From Bacteroidales bacterium (GTDB lineage Bacteria; Bacteroidota; Bacteroidia; Bacteroidales; WCHB1-69), in assembly GCA_017395245.1 (NCBI GenBank), contig JAFPVR010000116.1:22086-86085 (forward strand): a stretch of DNA of 64,000 nucleotides. Reading direction: 5' to 3'. This document shows, in pieces, positions 31,701-42,754 of this stretch (its first letter is position 1; every line of letters begins with the position of its first letter). The notes beneath the pieces were generated by a model. That model saw nothing but the letters and a program-made list of their open reading frames with translations. It ran no database searches and had not been told where the DNA came from. Made by a program: the position numbers and the translations under genes.

Positions 31701-33124
31701 TGCTGACCGTGACGGCTATAACCACGAACACGGCAGTCCTCACCTGGTCGGAGAACGGTACGGCCACCACCTGGCGTGTGGAGTACGGCTCGGCCGGTTT
31801 CACCCCTGGCTCGGGGAACATTCTGACAGTCAACGATACCGTGCCGACGGTCACGATTACCGGTTTGCAGGACAACACCGCATACGACGTGTATGTGAGC
31901 GCCTTATGCGACAATAGCTCCAGTTCGGATGCGGTGATGGTTTCCTTCACTACGAAGCTGGCACCCGTGGCCATCCCTTACAGCACCGACTTCAGCCCGA
32001 CCGGCGATCGAAACTGGCAGCTGAACAACGGAGATTGCTCCAACTACTGGACAATGGGCGCTGTGGGAACGAATCTGGGGGCACTTTTCGTCACGAACAA
32101 CGGAACCACGCCGGGCTATACCATTTCCAATGCCTCTTCCGTGGTCTCCGCTGTGAAGAAGTTGACCGTAGGTACCGCCGAGGAGATACTTGTCAGTTTC
32201 GACATCGTATGTGGCGGCGAGGGACAGTATGACTTCATCAAGCTCTTCCTCTCGCCTGATTCGGTGGAGTACCCAGCCGCGAACACCACATTCGAGTACG
32301 TCGCTGCCAGTGCCAGCTATTCCACCCACGCCTTCGATTTCAGCGAGTACCTTCCGCTCTCCACCTACCAGCAGCTCCCCTTCAAGTTTAACCTGACCGA
32401 CGGTAACACGGTACATGTCAACGCGGTGATGTCCAACCCGTATTTCTCGCCCGATGCCGCCAGTGTCGTGAACTTGGTCTTCCTGTGGCGCAACGATTTC
32501 ATGGGTGGTGTGCAGACCGGTGCAGTCATCACCAACGTGTCGGTGACGACGGTGAGCTGCCATGCTCCTGAGGATCTGTCAATCGGGACGGTTACGGATA
32601 CCACCGCCCTCGTCAGCTGGCAGCCCGGCAGCGATGAGGCGGCTTGGAATTTGGAGTACAAGTCCGCAAGTGCCGATAGTTGGACGGTGCTGCCGGTGAC
32701 CACGACGAGCCATCTGCTTACCGGATTGACCCCCGAGACGGACTATACCGTGCGAGTGCAGGCCAACTGCGGTGCTGGCGATTTTTCGACGTATGTCTAC
32801 GAAACCTTCACGACCGACATTGCTGACACCTCCGATCATCCTGGCGACACCACTGGCATCGCGGACCGTCTCGCCGCCAGCGTGACGCTGTACCCGAATC
32901 CTGCGAAGGAGGTTGTCAATGTACAATGTACAATGAACAATGTACAAATCGATGCTGTTGAAGTGTTCGATATTTATGGCAAAATTGTCCGCACCGTTGT
33001 AGGGGCGAATAATCATTCGCCCCTACAGACCCGCATCAATGTCAGCGGTCTGGCCGACGGCATATATTTCGTGCGCGTGGTCACGGAAGAGGGAATGGTG
33101 ACGAAGACGTTTGTGAAGAAATGA
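28728..33124 (+). pseudogene. T9SS cargo adhesin (cleaved-adhesin/choice-of-anchor J and FN3 repeats, T9SS CTD) split by a 1-nt frameshift at ~31691
   Basis: WTVIDADND, LTPDNWLVTP, IAFRHFNCTD; FN3 units start with CMAP; third reads TGCATGCCCCG (one G short of C-M-A-P); second frame continues to YPNP...GIYFVRV...TKTFVKK. Confidence 0.85.
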
Positions 33125-33182
33125 TGAATGTTGAATGCTGAATGCTGAATAAGGGGGGCTCGAAAGGGTCTCCTTTTTTTGT
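33120..33182 (+). terminator. AATGCTG heptamers followed by an intrinsic terminator
   Basis: AAGGGGGGCTCGAAAGGGTCTCCTTTTTTT. Confidence 0.7.
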
Positions 33183-33412
33183 TTCATCTTTTTTTGTTGT
33201 TACAACAACAGAGGAAAATATATATATTTGCCTGTCGAAGTTTACGAACTGTAATGTGTTTATAAAGTGTCATAATCTATTGATTAATAATTGTTTATTG
33301 TTGTTAGATATATAGGTGTCCTGTCCAGTTCTTGCGGCTGTAATGGTGTTTTTTGACCATTGACTTTGACCATTGACTTTCGAAGAAAATCGATTCACAA
33401 AATAAAACCAGT

Positions 33413-36400
33413 ATGAAAAAGATTTACCTAATCATCACGATGCTGGTGTTCTGCGTGGCGAGCGTTTTCGCCTAGGCACCAGAGAAGTTCAGCTACCAGG
33501 CTGTGGTTCGCAACGCGAGCAACCAGCTGGTGACGAACGCGAGCGTGGGTGTGCGCGTGAGCGTGCTGCAAGGCTCGACTTACGGCGCGGCCGTGTATGT
33601 GGAGACACATACCGTGACCACCAACGCCAACGGCCTGTTGACCCTCGAGATCGGTGACGGCACCGTGCAAAACGGCAGCGTCGCCAACATCGACTGGGGT
33701 AACGGCCCCTATTTCCTCAAAACGGAGATCGACCCCAACGGCGGCACGAACTACTCCGTGACCTCGACGCAGCAGATGCTGAGCGTGCCCTACGCTCTCT
33801 ACGCTGCCGAGGCCGGCAATGTGCCCGCCTTCGCGGTGGTCCCCACGGACACCGGCTATGTGCTGGTGCTGACTTCCGCCGACGGCACCACGGCCTCCTA
33901 CGTGATCCGCAACGGCGTTGACGGACAAGACGGCGCCCAAGGCCCTGCCGGTCCGCAAGGTCCGCAAGGTCCTCAAGGTGCCCAAGGTATCCAAGGTGAA
34001 CAAGGTCCTGCCGGCCAACAAGGTCTGCAAGGTGAACAAGGCCCTGCCGGAGCCCAAGGCCCGCAAGGTGAACAAGGTCCTGCCGGTGCTGCCGGCCAGG
34101 ATGGCTTCTCCCCGATTGTGAACACTGTCCACGCTGGCGACAGCACGGTTGTGACGATTACGGATGCTACCGGCCCCCACACGTTTGTGATTCATGACGG
34201 TGCCCAAGGCCCGCAAGGTATCCAAGGTGAGCAAGGTGCCCAGGGTATCCAAGGTATTCAAGGTATCCAAGGTGAGACAGGTCCCGCTGGTTTGCAAGGC
34301 GAGCAGGGCCCGCAAGGTCCTCAAGGTGAGCAAGGCCCGCAAGGTTCTGCCGGTGCGCAAGGTGCTGCCGGTGTCGGCATTGCTGGCATCACGGGTCCGA
34401 CAACGAGTGCCACCAACCCCCTCGAAAAAACTTACACGATTAACTATACGGACGGTACTTCCACCACTTTCGTCGTGACAGATGGCGCAGTCGGAGCCCA
34501 AGGTCCTCAAGGTGAGCAAGGTCCCGCCGGTGACCAAGGCCCTCAAGGTGAGCAGGGCCCTGCCGGAGCCCAAGGCCCTCAAGGTGAACAAGGTCCCGCT
34601 GGTGCTCAAGGTCCGCAGGGTGAGCAAGGTCCTGCCGGTGCCACCGGTGCCCCTGGTACTCCCGGTCAGGATGGTCGCGGCATTGTGAACATCACCGGTC
34701 CGCTGAGCAGCAACAATATCGACACCTACACCATTCAATACAGCGACAACACCACGAGCACCTTCACGGTGACCAACGGTGTGGATGGTACCAATGGCGT
34801 GGGCATTTCCGGTATTGAGCTGATAAATACCGAAGGTGCGCAGAAGACTTACAAGATTACCTTTACCGATGGCAGTGCCTACACCTACGACGTGCTTGAT
34901 GGTGTGGCAGGCCCCGCCGGTCCGCAAGGCCCTCAAGGTGATCAGGGCCCTCAAGGTCTGCAAGGCTTGCAGGGTGAACAGGGTCCGCAAGGTCTTCAGG
35001 GCGAGCAAGGTCCCCAAGGTCTGCAAGGTTTGCAGGGTGAACAGGGTCCGCAAGGTCTTCAGGGCGAGCAAGGCCCGCAAGGTTTGCAGGGCGAGCAAGG
35101 TCCGCAGGGCGTCGGCATCGCCTCTATTGCTAAGACTGGAACCTCTGGCAATGTGGACACTTACACGATTACCTACACTGACGCCACTGTTGCGCCGACC
35201 ATTTTCACGGTGACCAATGGCCAGGACGGTCAGGACGGTGTCTCTCCTATGGTTTCTGCCGCCGCTTCCGGCGACAATGTTGTCGTTACCGTGGTTGACG
35301 GCACGGGCACCCACGAGTACACTATCCCGACCAACACGGGGGCGTTTACCCAGCTGCCCGCCAACTGGGCCGAGACCAACCCCTCCAATCCGCAATACAT
35401 CCAGAACAAACCGAACCTCGCTACAGTGGCCACAAGCGGCAACTACAGTGACCTGACGGGCACACCGACCATCCCGACGCAGACGAGCCAGCTGACCAAC
35501 AATAGCGGCTTCATCACCGCTTCGGACGTTCCCGCGCAGCAGAACGCCGATTGGAACGCCACCACGGGTGCTGCTGAGATCTTGAACAAGCCGACTCTCG
35601 CCACGGTTGCCACGAGTGGCAATTACAACGACCTGACTAATAAGCCGACCATCCCGACGGTGAACGATGGCAATATCATTGTACAGCAGGATGGCACCGT
35701 GGTGGGCAGCTTCACCACCAACCAGTCTGGCACCACCACCATCAACCTCACCTCTCCGAATGTGGCCGACGGCGTGTTGACCCTCAAGCGCAACGGCGTC
35801 CCGGTCGGCACCTTTACTGCCAACCAGGCTATGCCCGCCAATATTGACATTGTGGTTCCGACCACCGTGGCCGAGATGACCGACGCTGCCCAGTACGCGA
35901 AAACGACGGATATTCCGACGCAGACGAGCCAGCTGACCAACAACAGCGGCTTCATCACCGCTTCGGATATTCCCGCGCAGCAGAATGCAGACTGGAACGC
36001 CACTACGGGTGCGGCCCAGATCTTGAACAAACCGACCCTTGCCACGGTTGCCACAAGCGGCAATTACAACGACCTGACAAACAAGCCGACCATCCCGGCC
36101 GCCCAGGTGAATGCCGACTGGAACGCCACTTCCGGCGCAGCGGAGATTCTGAACAAACCCTCTATTTCCGAAATCCAGATCCAGAGTGTCAGCCACGACA
36201 CGATGTATTTCACCAACGGCACATACGCCGTGATGACGGCCGACTGGACCAACGTGACCAACAAGCCCGCCTTCGCGACCGTGGCCACCACTGGCAACTA
36301 CAACGATCTCGATAACAGGCCTACCATTCCTCAAAGGACAAGTGATTTGGACAACAACTCCGGGTTCATCACCCTTGCCGATGTCCCCGCTCAGGTGCAG

Positions 36401-39400
36401 TCCGACTGGAATGAGGGCGACAACACCGACCCCGCCTTCATCCACAACAAGCCCGATATGAGCAACTATGCCACCCATGCCGAGATTGCCGCAGCCGGCT
36501 ACCTTACCGACGCCGACATGAGCAACTTTGTGACCAAGACCGATGATGAGACGATTGGCGGCGACAAGACCTTCTTGGACAATGTCTCCGTTGCGGTCAC
36601 CGGCTCCATGGAAGTGCCCTCTGTGTTGAACAATATTGCCAACGACGGCAGCCTCAACCTGAAGACTAATGTTGGTTCGGGCAACTGCGAGCAGGCCATG
36701 AACTTCTGCGACATGGAGACCATCTACCAGAACATTTTGGACAAGTTCAACGACCTTAGCGATGAGATTGACAAGCTGAACGACAGCATCAAGAAACTCA
36801 ACAAGGAGAAAAACACCCCGAAGGACGGCGAGGTCTGTCCCAACACCCCGTCTGTGATCGATGTGGACGGCAACACCTATTCCACCGTGCGCATTGGCAA
36901 CCAGTGCTGGATGCGTGAGAATCTGCGTGTGATGCACTGGCCGGACAGCACCCCGTCTGTGCCTCACCGGGTCACATCGCCCATTGTCGGATATCATGGA
37001 ACTGCACTTTCCGGTTTGAGATACGCTTTCACGGATGTGATGGCGAATGCCTCTGCAACTCCTACATCTGCCCCGACGCAAGGTATCTGTCCTCAAGGAT
37101 GGCGCGTGCCGTCTGATGAGGATTTCACCATTCTGGTGAATTACGCCATTTCCAAAACCGGTAACGCCGGTCCGTCTTTGATGGCATCGTACGGTTGGGG
37201 TAACAATACTCCTGTTGAAGGACAAAACCGTTTGGGTATGTCCTTTGTGCAGAACTGGGGTTCTGACTGTGATTTGGTCTCCACCAATCAAAAGAATTGG
37301 CGAAAGTCATCCAATACTACCGTGTCTTCGAATCCAACCAGTTCCTATAATTTCCATAGTCTCAGCGGTACATCCGACAGTAAGTTGGGTGTCCGTTGTA
37401 TTCGAGCTAACAGCAATGGTGAACCCAACACCGTCCAGCTGCCAACGGTGGTCACAAATGCCCCCAATGCGCAAAATATCTACGATGTGAACGTCTCGGG
37501 TACGGACGTGTCGCTTAAAATCAAGCCGGGCGTGATTACCGAAAACGACAACAGCCTTCCTCCGATTACGAACCTGACCGAATACGGCTTTGTCTACAGT
37601 TCCACGGCCAATACCACCTCCATGCTGATGTTAGGTAAGTCGGGAGTGTCGGCAATGACCACCACGGTTTCCACACAACCCGCCTCCTATCCTGTGAATG
37701 TCGGCCAAAGTGAGAGTACTGACTATTTCGAGGTTTCCGGCCTGACCTCCGGCACTACTTACTACTACCGTGCCTATGCTACGAATGGCACTGGCACAGC
37801 CTACGGAACGGTGAGGTATTTCGTCGCGCAGTCGGATCCCAAGTCTTGCAAGGCGGCGCTCGGCAGTTCCTATCCGGACCATGCCACGGATGTGGAGGGT
37901 AACATCTACCCTACGGTGGCTTTAGGCTCGCAGTGCTGGATGGCGCAGAACCTGCGCACCAGCCAGTATGCGGACGGCAGCACGATTTCCGGCACGGTTA
38001 TTCCCGGCGATGGCACGCTGAACGCCGACTACGGTCGCCTCTACAATTTCGCCCAAACCCTCCGCGGTACGGCTTCCACCGATCTCCCAGTGCAGGGTGT
38101 CTGCCCCAATGGCTGGCATGTGCCCACCTCCGATGAATGGGATGCACTCTGGAACCACATGAAAGGCATTTCCGCATACCAGTGTGGTGGCAACTCCTTG
38201 AATGTCGCCAAGGCAATGGCCTCCCAAAGCGGCTGGACTGCGATCGGAATCACATGCAGCCCGGGCAACGATCAGACAACAAACAATGCTTCCGGCTTCA
38301 ATGCCTATCCGGCAGGTTACTGCTCTTCAAGCGCTAACAAATACTCCTATGGTACAAATGCCGGATTTATGTCCACTACGTATGGCGTCAACGTGTGTGT
38401 GCTCGTTGGTACCAGCACGCTAAGTAAAACTTCTTCCGCTTTGTCTGACTATGGTCGTTCCGTGCGATGCGTCTACAACGGGGCTTCCAGCAGTGTGGCC
38501 CCGACAGTGGAGACGGGCACGGCAACGTGTACGGACATAACGGCTGTGTATAATAACCGTTCGGTCTTTTTCAAATACAGGCTTACCGGCACGGTGCATT
38601 CCGGTTCGGGTATCGCGGAAAGGGGTATATGCTACTCGAACTCCGTGACCACGCCCACCTACGAGAGCTGTCCCTCCCTCACCTCCACGTCGAACAACAT
38701 TTCGGTGATTCGTGACGAATTTGAGCCGGGTGAAACGTACTATTACCGCGCGTATGCCAAGACTTCCAGCGGGGATATTACTTATGGAGCGGTGAAGAGT
38801 TTCACCATGCCGGTCCTGCCGACGGTTACCACTGTGGGTGTCAATAGTTATACCGCCACGACTGCCAGCCTCAGTGGCAAAGTAAACAGCTTGGGTACCA
38901 CCTCCGAGGTCGCCATCACGAGCCGGGGTGTGGATGTCCGCACGGCCCAATATCCGAGTGGCACCACGCTCACCTCCGGAACCGTTACCGGCAGTTCAAC
39001 GGGAACCTACAACGTGTCTGTCTCCGGCCTTACTGCAGGTACCACCTACTATGCAATTGCCAGTTACAATGTTACCATAACCATGGATGGGTTCTCAAAA
39101 ACTTTCAAGCTCTATTCTGACGATTCCAGTGTTCCATTCATGGTGGGTACGAAGCCTTCAGTCTCCATGACAGGTGTGACATACGCGGGTGACAATCAAA
39201 CCCAAATAAGGTACACATGGAAAGGCAACCTTGATAATGCCGGAACTCCCGTCATCACGGAAAAAGGTTTTGTTTACAGTCAAACGAATATCACCCCTAC
39301 GTTAAGAGCAGGAGGAAGTTATGGTAAACAGGTCGTTGCCGGAACATCTACAGGGTCGTTTGCTTATAATGCCTTGTTCTCATCCCCAAATACAACGTGG

Positions 39401-40462
39401 TATGTCCGTGCCTACGCCATCAGCGCCTTGGACACGGTATACGCAACAACAATCTATTCGTTCACGACCCACGACTACCCCGGTGTGACTTTGTCCAATA
39501 ACTATGCAAGTGACTACTATTACAGTGCGGAAGTGACCACGACCTCAATCAGGTTGCACAGCAGTTTTAACTCCAAATCCTCCTCCAGCACGTCCGGCGG
39601 ATGCGAGGCGGCGCACTCGCAAGGCTATGTCTATTCCACCAGCCCGATGACGATTTCTGACGTTGACGCCACTTCTACGGGAATCAACTCCAATTCCGGA
39701 CCTTCAACATTTGGAACGAGCGTCACGACTGATGGCGCTGTCGATACGCTCAAAAATCTTTCCGCGAACACGAAGTACTACATCCGCGCATGGGTCCGCA
39801 GTGCAGCGGGTTACACCTACAGTAACGAGCGTGTGATCAGGACCAAGCTTTCTTGCGGAGGCATTCTCTACGATCAGAATGGAAACTCCTACTTCACAGT
39901 GACCGTCGGTTCCGGTTCCTCTACCCAGTGCTGGATGAAGTACAATCTCAAGGCCAATAACTACGACAATACCTTGAACCAGACTGAGAATGGTTCCGGT
40001 ACGGCTGTTACTTATGGTAGCTCTTCGTATTCTGAAACCAACAAGTATAGGTATTATCCGGGAGGTAACTCATCCAATGTGGCCTCATACGGTAATCTGT
40101 ACAACTGGCCGGCGGCTGTGGGGTCGGGCGTGTCTTACGCGACCCATTCCAGCTCCACGATGACGAACTCGGCAAGCAAGGCTCAAGGAATCTGTCCTCG
40201 TGGCTGGCACGTTCCCACCCAGGCGGAATGGAACTATTTAGACAGCAAAATCAGCAGCTATTATACTTCATTCGCACCTCAATTTGCCGGATATTTTGCG
40301 AACGGTTACACGAACATGTTAACAGAAAGAGGCGAATATTGGTCCAGCACGTTGAAGTCAGGAAACGAATACTACTATTGGTGGTACCAAAGTTCTGGTA
40401 CTCATGGTGTAACATACGATCCGACGGACATCGGCAAGTCTGTGCGCTGCATCCAGGACTAA
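33413..40462 (+). pseudogene. Giant (~2349 codon) fibre-like surface protein: conserved N-domain, collagen Gly-X-Y blocks, tail-fibre-like repeats, coiled coil, three FISUMP domains with FN3-like spacers; in-frame TAG at codon 21
   Basis: MKKIYLIITMLVFCVASVFA*APEKFSYQAVVRN; (GPQ/GEQ)n; ADWNATTGAAEILNKP repeats; FISUMP motifs GNQCWMRENLR, QG(I/V)CPxGWxVP, SVRC. Confidence 0.88.
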
Positions 40463-40499
40463 CCTCTTGAGCTGAGACTCTACAAGAATATGTGAACAA

Positions 40500-40536
40500 G
40501 GGCGGCTTCTCCGGAAACGGAGGAGCCGTTCTTTTA
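40500..40536 (+). terminator. Intrinsic terminator, followed by AATGCTG/AATGTTG x7 (40539-40591)
   Basis: GGGCGGCTTCTCCGGAAACGGAGGAGCCGTTCTTTT. Confidence 0.75.
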
Positions 40537-40614
40537 TTAATGCTGAATGCTGAATGCTGAATGTTGAATGTTGAATGCTGAATGTTGAATAGGTTTGTTG
40601 GTGAACGATAGATA

Positions 40615-40704
40615 AAACGGCGGCTCGAGATGATGTCCGAACCGCCGTTTTACGTTTAAATCGCCGTGGTTTGCCTGTAGAGACGCACTGCCGTGCGTCT
40701 CTAC
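40615..40704 (-). terminator. Terminator hairpin and GTAG REP (40677-40704) downstream of the carboxyltransferase gene
   Basis: AAAACGGCGG...CCGCCGTTTT; GTAGAGACGCACTGCCGTGCGTCTCTAC. Confidence 0.7.
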
Positions 40705-40719
40705 AAACGATACGCTATT

Positions 40720-42510
40720 TTATTTCAGGAATGCGATGATGTCGCCGCGGTTGACCTTCTGGCCGTGGCTGACGACCACCTCCACCAACTGTCCGTCGAA
40801 GAAGCTGGGCACCGGCTCCATGCCGTAGTAGGTGCTGATGTGGCACATCACCTCGTCTTTCTTGAACGGGGTGCCGATGGGCTTGGCCTTGGAGGTTTCG
40901 CCATCGACGGCCACCTCCCAAATCAACTGGCCGCTGGCGGGGGCGGTCACAGGACGGAGACTCGGGTCGTTCTTCATGCGGATGGAGGCATCCTGTTGCG
41001 GGTCGTAGGCGGGCTTGATGGGGGCGGTGACTTTTCCGCCATTCTCAGCTTTGTCCTTCGCGGCTGCGAGCTCGCGGTTGAAGTTCTGCTTCGCGCGGCC
41101 CTCCTTGTATTCGACATACTGCTGCTCGTGCATGGCCAACTCGAAGAGTTCCTCTTCGTCCTGGCCGACATCCCAGCCTTTCTCCTCCATCATCTTGCGG
41201 TATTTCGGCAGTTCGTCGGGGTAGTTGTCTTGCGGAACGCCGTCGAAGAAGGTGAACCCTTTCTCTTTGGCCATCTCAACGATTTCGGGCGCAAGCGGTC
41301 CGGGCAGCTGTCCGCACTTGCCGAGGATCATGTCCCACTGCTTCTGCTCCATGTAGGTGAAGCGCGGCTTGCCCTCCACTTCGGCGCGGACGTTCATCAG
41401 CGCGATGTTCTTGACGTACTGGCTGAACGGGGTCACCAAACCGGGGGTGCCGACCATCGGCCAGACGGTCTCCACTTCCTTGAACAGCTTGACCAGTAGC
41501 TCGTCTTCGGTGAGCGTCGGTTTGCCGTCTTTCTCCAAAGTGCGGTTTAGGTAGCTGTGGATGCCCTTCATGTCGGCCATCATGGAGCCCATCATGCCGC
41601 CGGGCAGACCGCAACCGAGCAGCAGCGACGTGGAAATCTTGTTCTTCGGCTCGATGAAGTAGCCGAGGAAGTCGTCGATGAACTTCTGGGTAAGCGAGCG
41701 GGCCTCCATGTAGGCGTTCATGTCGATGTCGGCGACCTCGAAGCCGTCGTCGCGAAGCATGGCCTGCACGGCGATGACGTCGGGGTGGACCATACCCCAG
41801 GAGAGGGGCTCCATGGCCACGTCAACGATGTCGGCGCCGTTGCGGCACACTTCGAGAACGGAGGCCATCGAGAGGCCGGGGCCGGTGTGGCCGTGGTATT
41901 GAATCACCAAATGCGGGTATTTCTCCTTGATGGCCTTCACTAATTTGCCGAGGGTCGCGGGGCGCCCGATGCCGGCCATGTCCTTGAGGCCGATCTCCTT
42001 AGCGCCGTATTCCACGTATTTATCGACTACGGAGAGGTAGTGTTCAAGCGTGTGCACGGGCGAGTGCGAGATGCTGAGGGCGGCCTGCGAGATGAGGCCG
42101 AACTCGTTGGCATATTTGATGGAGAGTTCCAGATTGCGGTGGTCGTTGAGGCCGCAGAAGGAGCGCACCACATCGACGCCTTGGGCCTTCTTGACCTTGC
42201 ACATGAGCCGGCGCACGTCGGCGGGCACGGGGTACATGCGCAGGCCGTTGAGGGCGCGTTCCAGCATCTGGCACTGGATGCCGGCCTCGCGCAGCGGCTT
42301 CGTCCACTCGCGCACGGCGTGGTTGGGGTTCTCGCCGTACAGCAGGTTCACCTGCTCGAAGGCACCGCCGTTGGTCTCCACACGGTCGAAGCAACCCATT
42401 TTCACAATCACGGGGGCAATCTCCGTCAGTTGGTCGACGCGGGGCTGGTATTTGCCCGACGACTGCCACATGTCACGATACACCAAACAGAATTTGATAC
42501 GCTTTTTCAT
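40720..42510 (-). CDS. Pyruvate carboxylase subunit B / oxaloacetate decarboxylase alpha-like carboxyltransferase
   Basis: YRDMWQS, GGAFEQ, LKDMAG, HGHTGPG, LPGGMMGSM, LVTPFSQ; C-terminal biotinyl-like fold. Confidence 0.88.
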   Translation of the reverse strand: MKKRIKFCLVYRDMWQSSGKYQPRVDQLTEIAPVIVKMGCFDRVETNGGAFEQVNLLYGENPNHAVREWTKPLREAGIQCQMLERALNGLRMYPVPADVRRLMCKVKKAQGVDVVRSFCGLNDHRNLELSIKYANEFGLISQAALSISHSPVHTLEHYLSVVDKYVEYGAKEIGLKDMAGIGRPATLGKLVKAIKEKYPHLVIQYHGHTGPGLSMASVLEVCRNGADIVDVAMEPLSWGMVHPDVIAVQAMLRDDGFEVADIDMNAYMEARSLTQKFIDDFLGYFIEPKNKISTSLLLGCGLPGGMMGSMMADMKGIHSYLNRTLEKDGKPTLTEDELLVKLFKEVETVWPMVGTPGLVTPFSQYVKNIALMNVRAEVEGKPRFTYMEQKQWDMILGKCGQLPGPLAPEIVEMAKEKGFTFFDGVPQDNYPDELPKYRKMMEEKGWDVGQDEEELFELAMHEQQYVEYKEGRAKQNFNRELAAAKDKAENGGKVTAPIKPAYDPQQDASIRMKNDPSLRPVTAPASGQLIWEVAVDGETSKAKPIGTPFKKDEVMCHISTYYGMEPVPSFFDGQLVEVVVSHGQKVNRGDIIAFLK

Positions 42511-42642
42511 ACTTTATACCTCTTTTATCTTTCTGTAAATCAATAAAATGTAATAATTATTGCTGCATTGCAGACGGTGGCAAAGATACATTTTTTTGGT
42601 GAACTCTGATGCATGATCTGTGAACGGTCATTAGAAAATCAC

Positions 42643-42683
42643 CTGCCATTTTGTCAGTGTTTGACTTTTGGCAATATGTTTGC
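42643..42683 (+). promoter_or_regulatory. Putative sigma54-type -24/-12 promoter of clpB with an adjacent imperfect palindrome
   Basis: TTGGCAATATGTTTGC (GG-N10-GC); CTGCCATTTTGTCAG just upstream. Confidence 0.5.
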
Positions 42684-42754
42684 TTTAGGATGTGGCGCTA
42701 ATGGTAGACTTAACGCTTAATAACCTATAATCCATAACCCTTAAACCGAATAAT

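Noticed and set aside
31680-31710. Programmed ribosomal frameshift in the adhesin
   Set aside because: No slippery heptamer or long homopolymer; the other CMAP units indicate a single lost G.
33473-33475. Genome-wide TAG reassignment
   Set aside because: gyrB, gpmA, panC, lpxB, rprY and sod end at TAG at their expected C-termini.
33900-36400. Prophage, suggested by collagen and tail-fibre-like repeats
   Set aside because: The gene has a Sec signal peptide, and no phage structural, integrase or replication genes are nearby.
33428-37291. 1287-aa minus-strand ORF (also 28740-31652 and many other antisense ORFs)
   Set aside because: Shadow frames of GC3-rich genes with recognisable sense-strand products; they carry no motifs.
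36840-40462. Diversity-generating retroelement acting on the FISUMP or FGE domains
   Set aside because: No reverse transcriptase and no adenine-variant template repeat are visible in the window; action in trans cannot be excluded.
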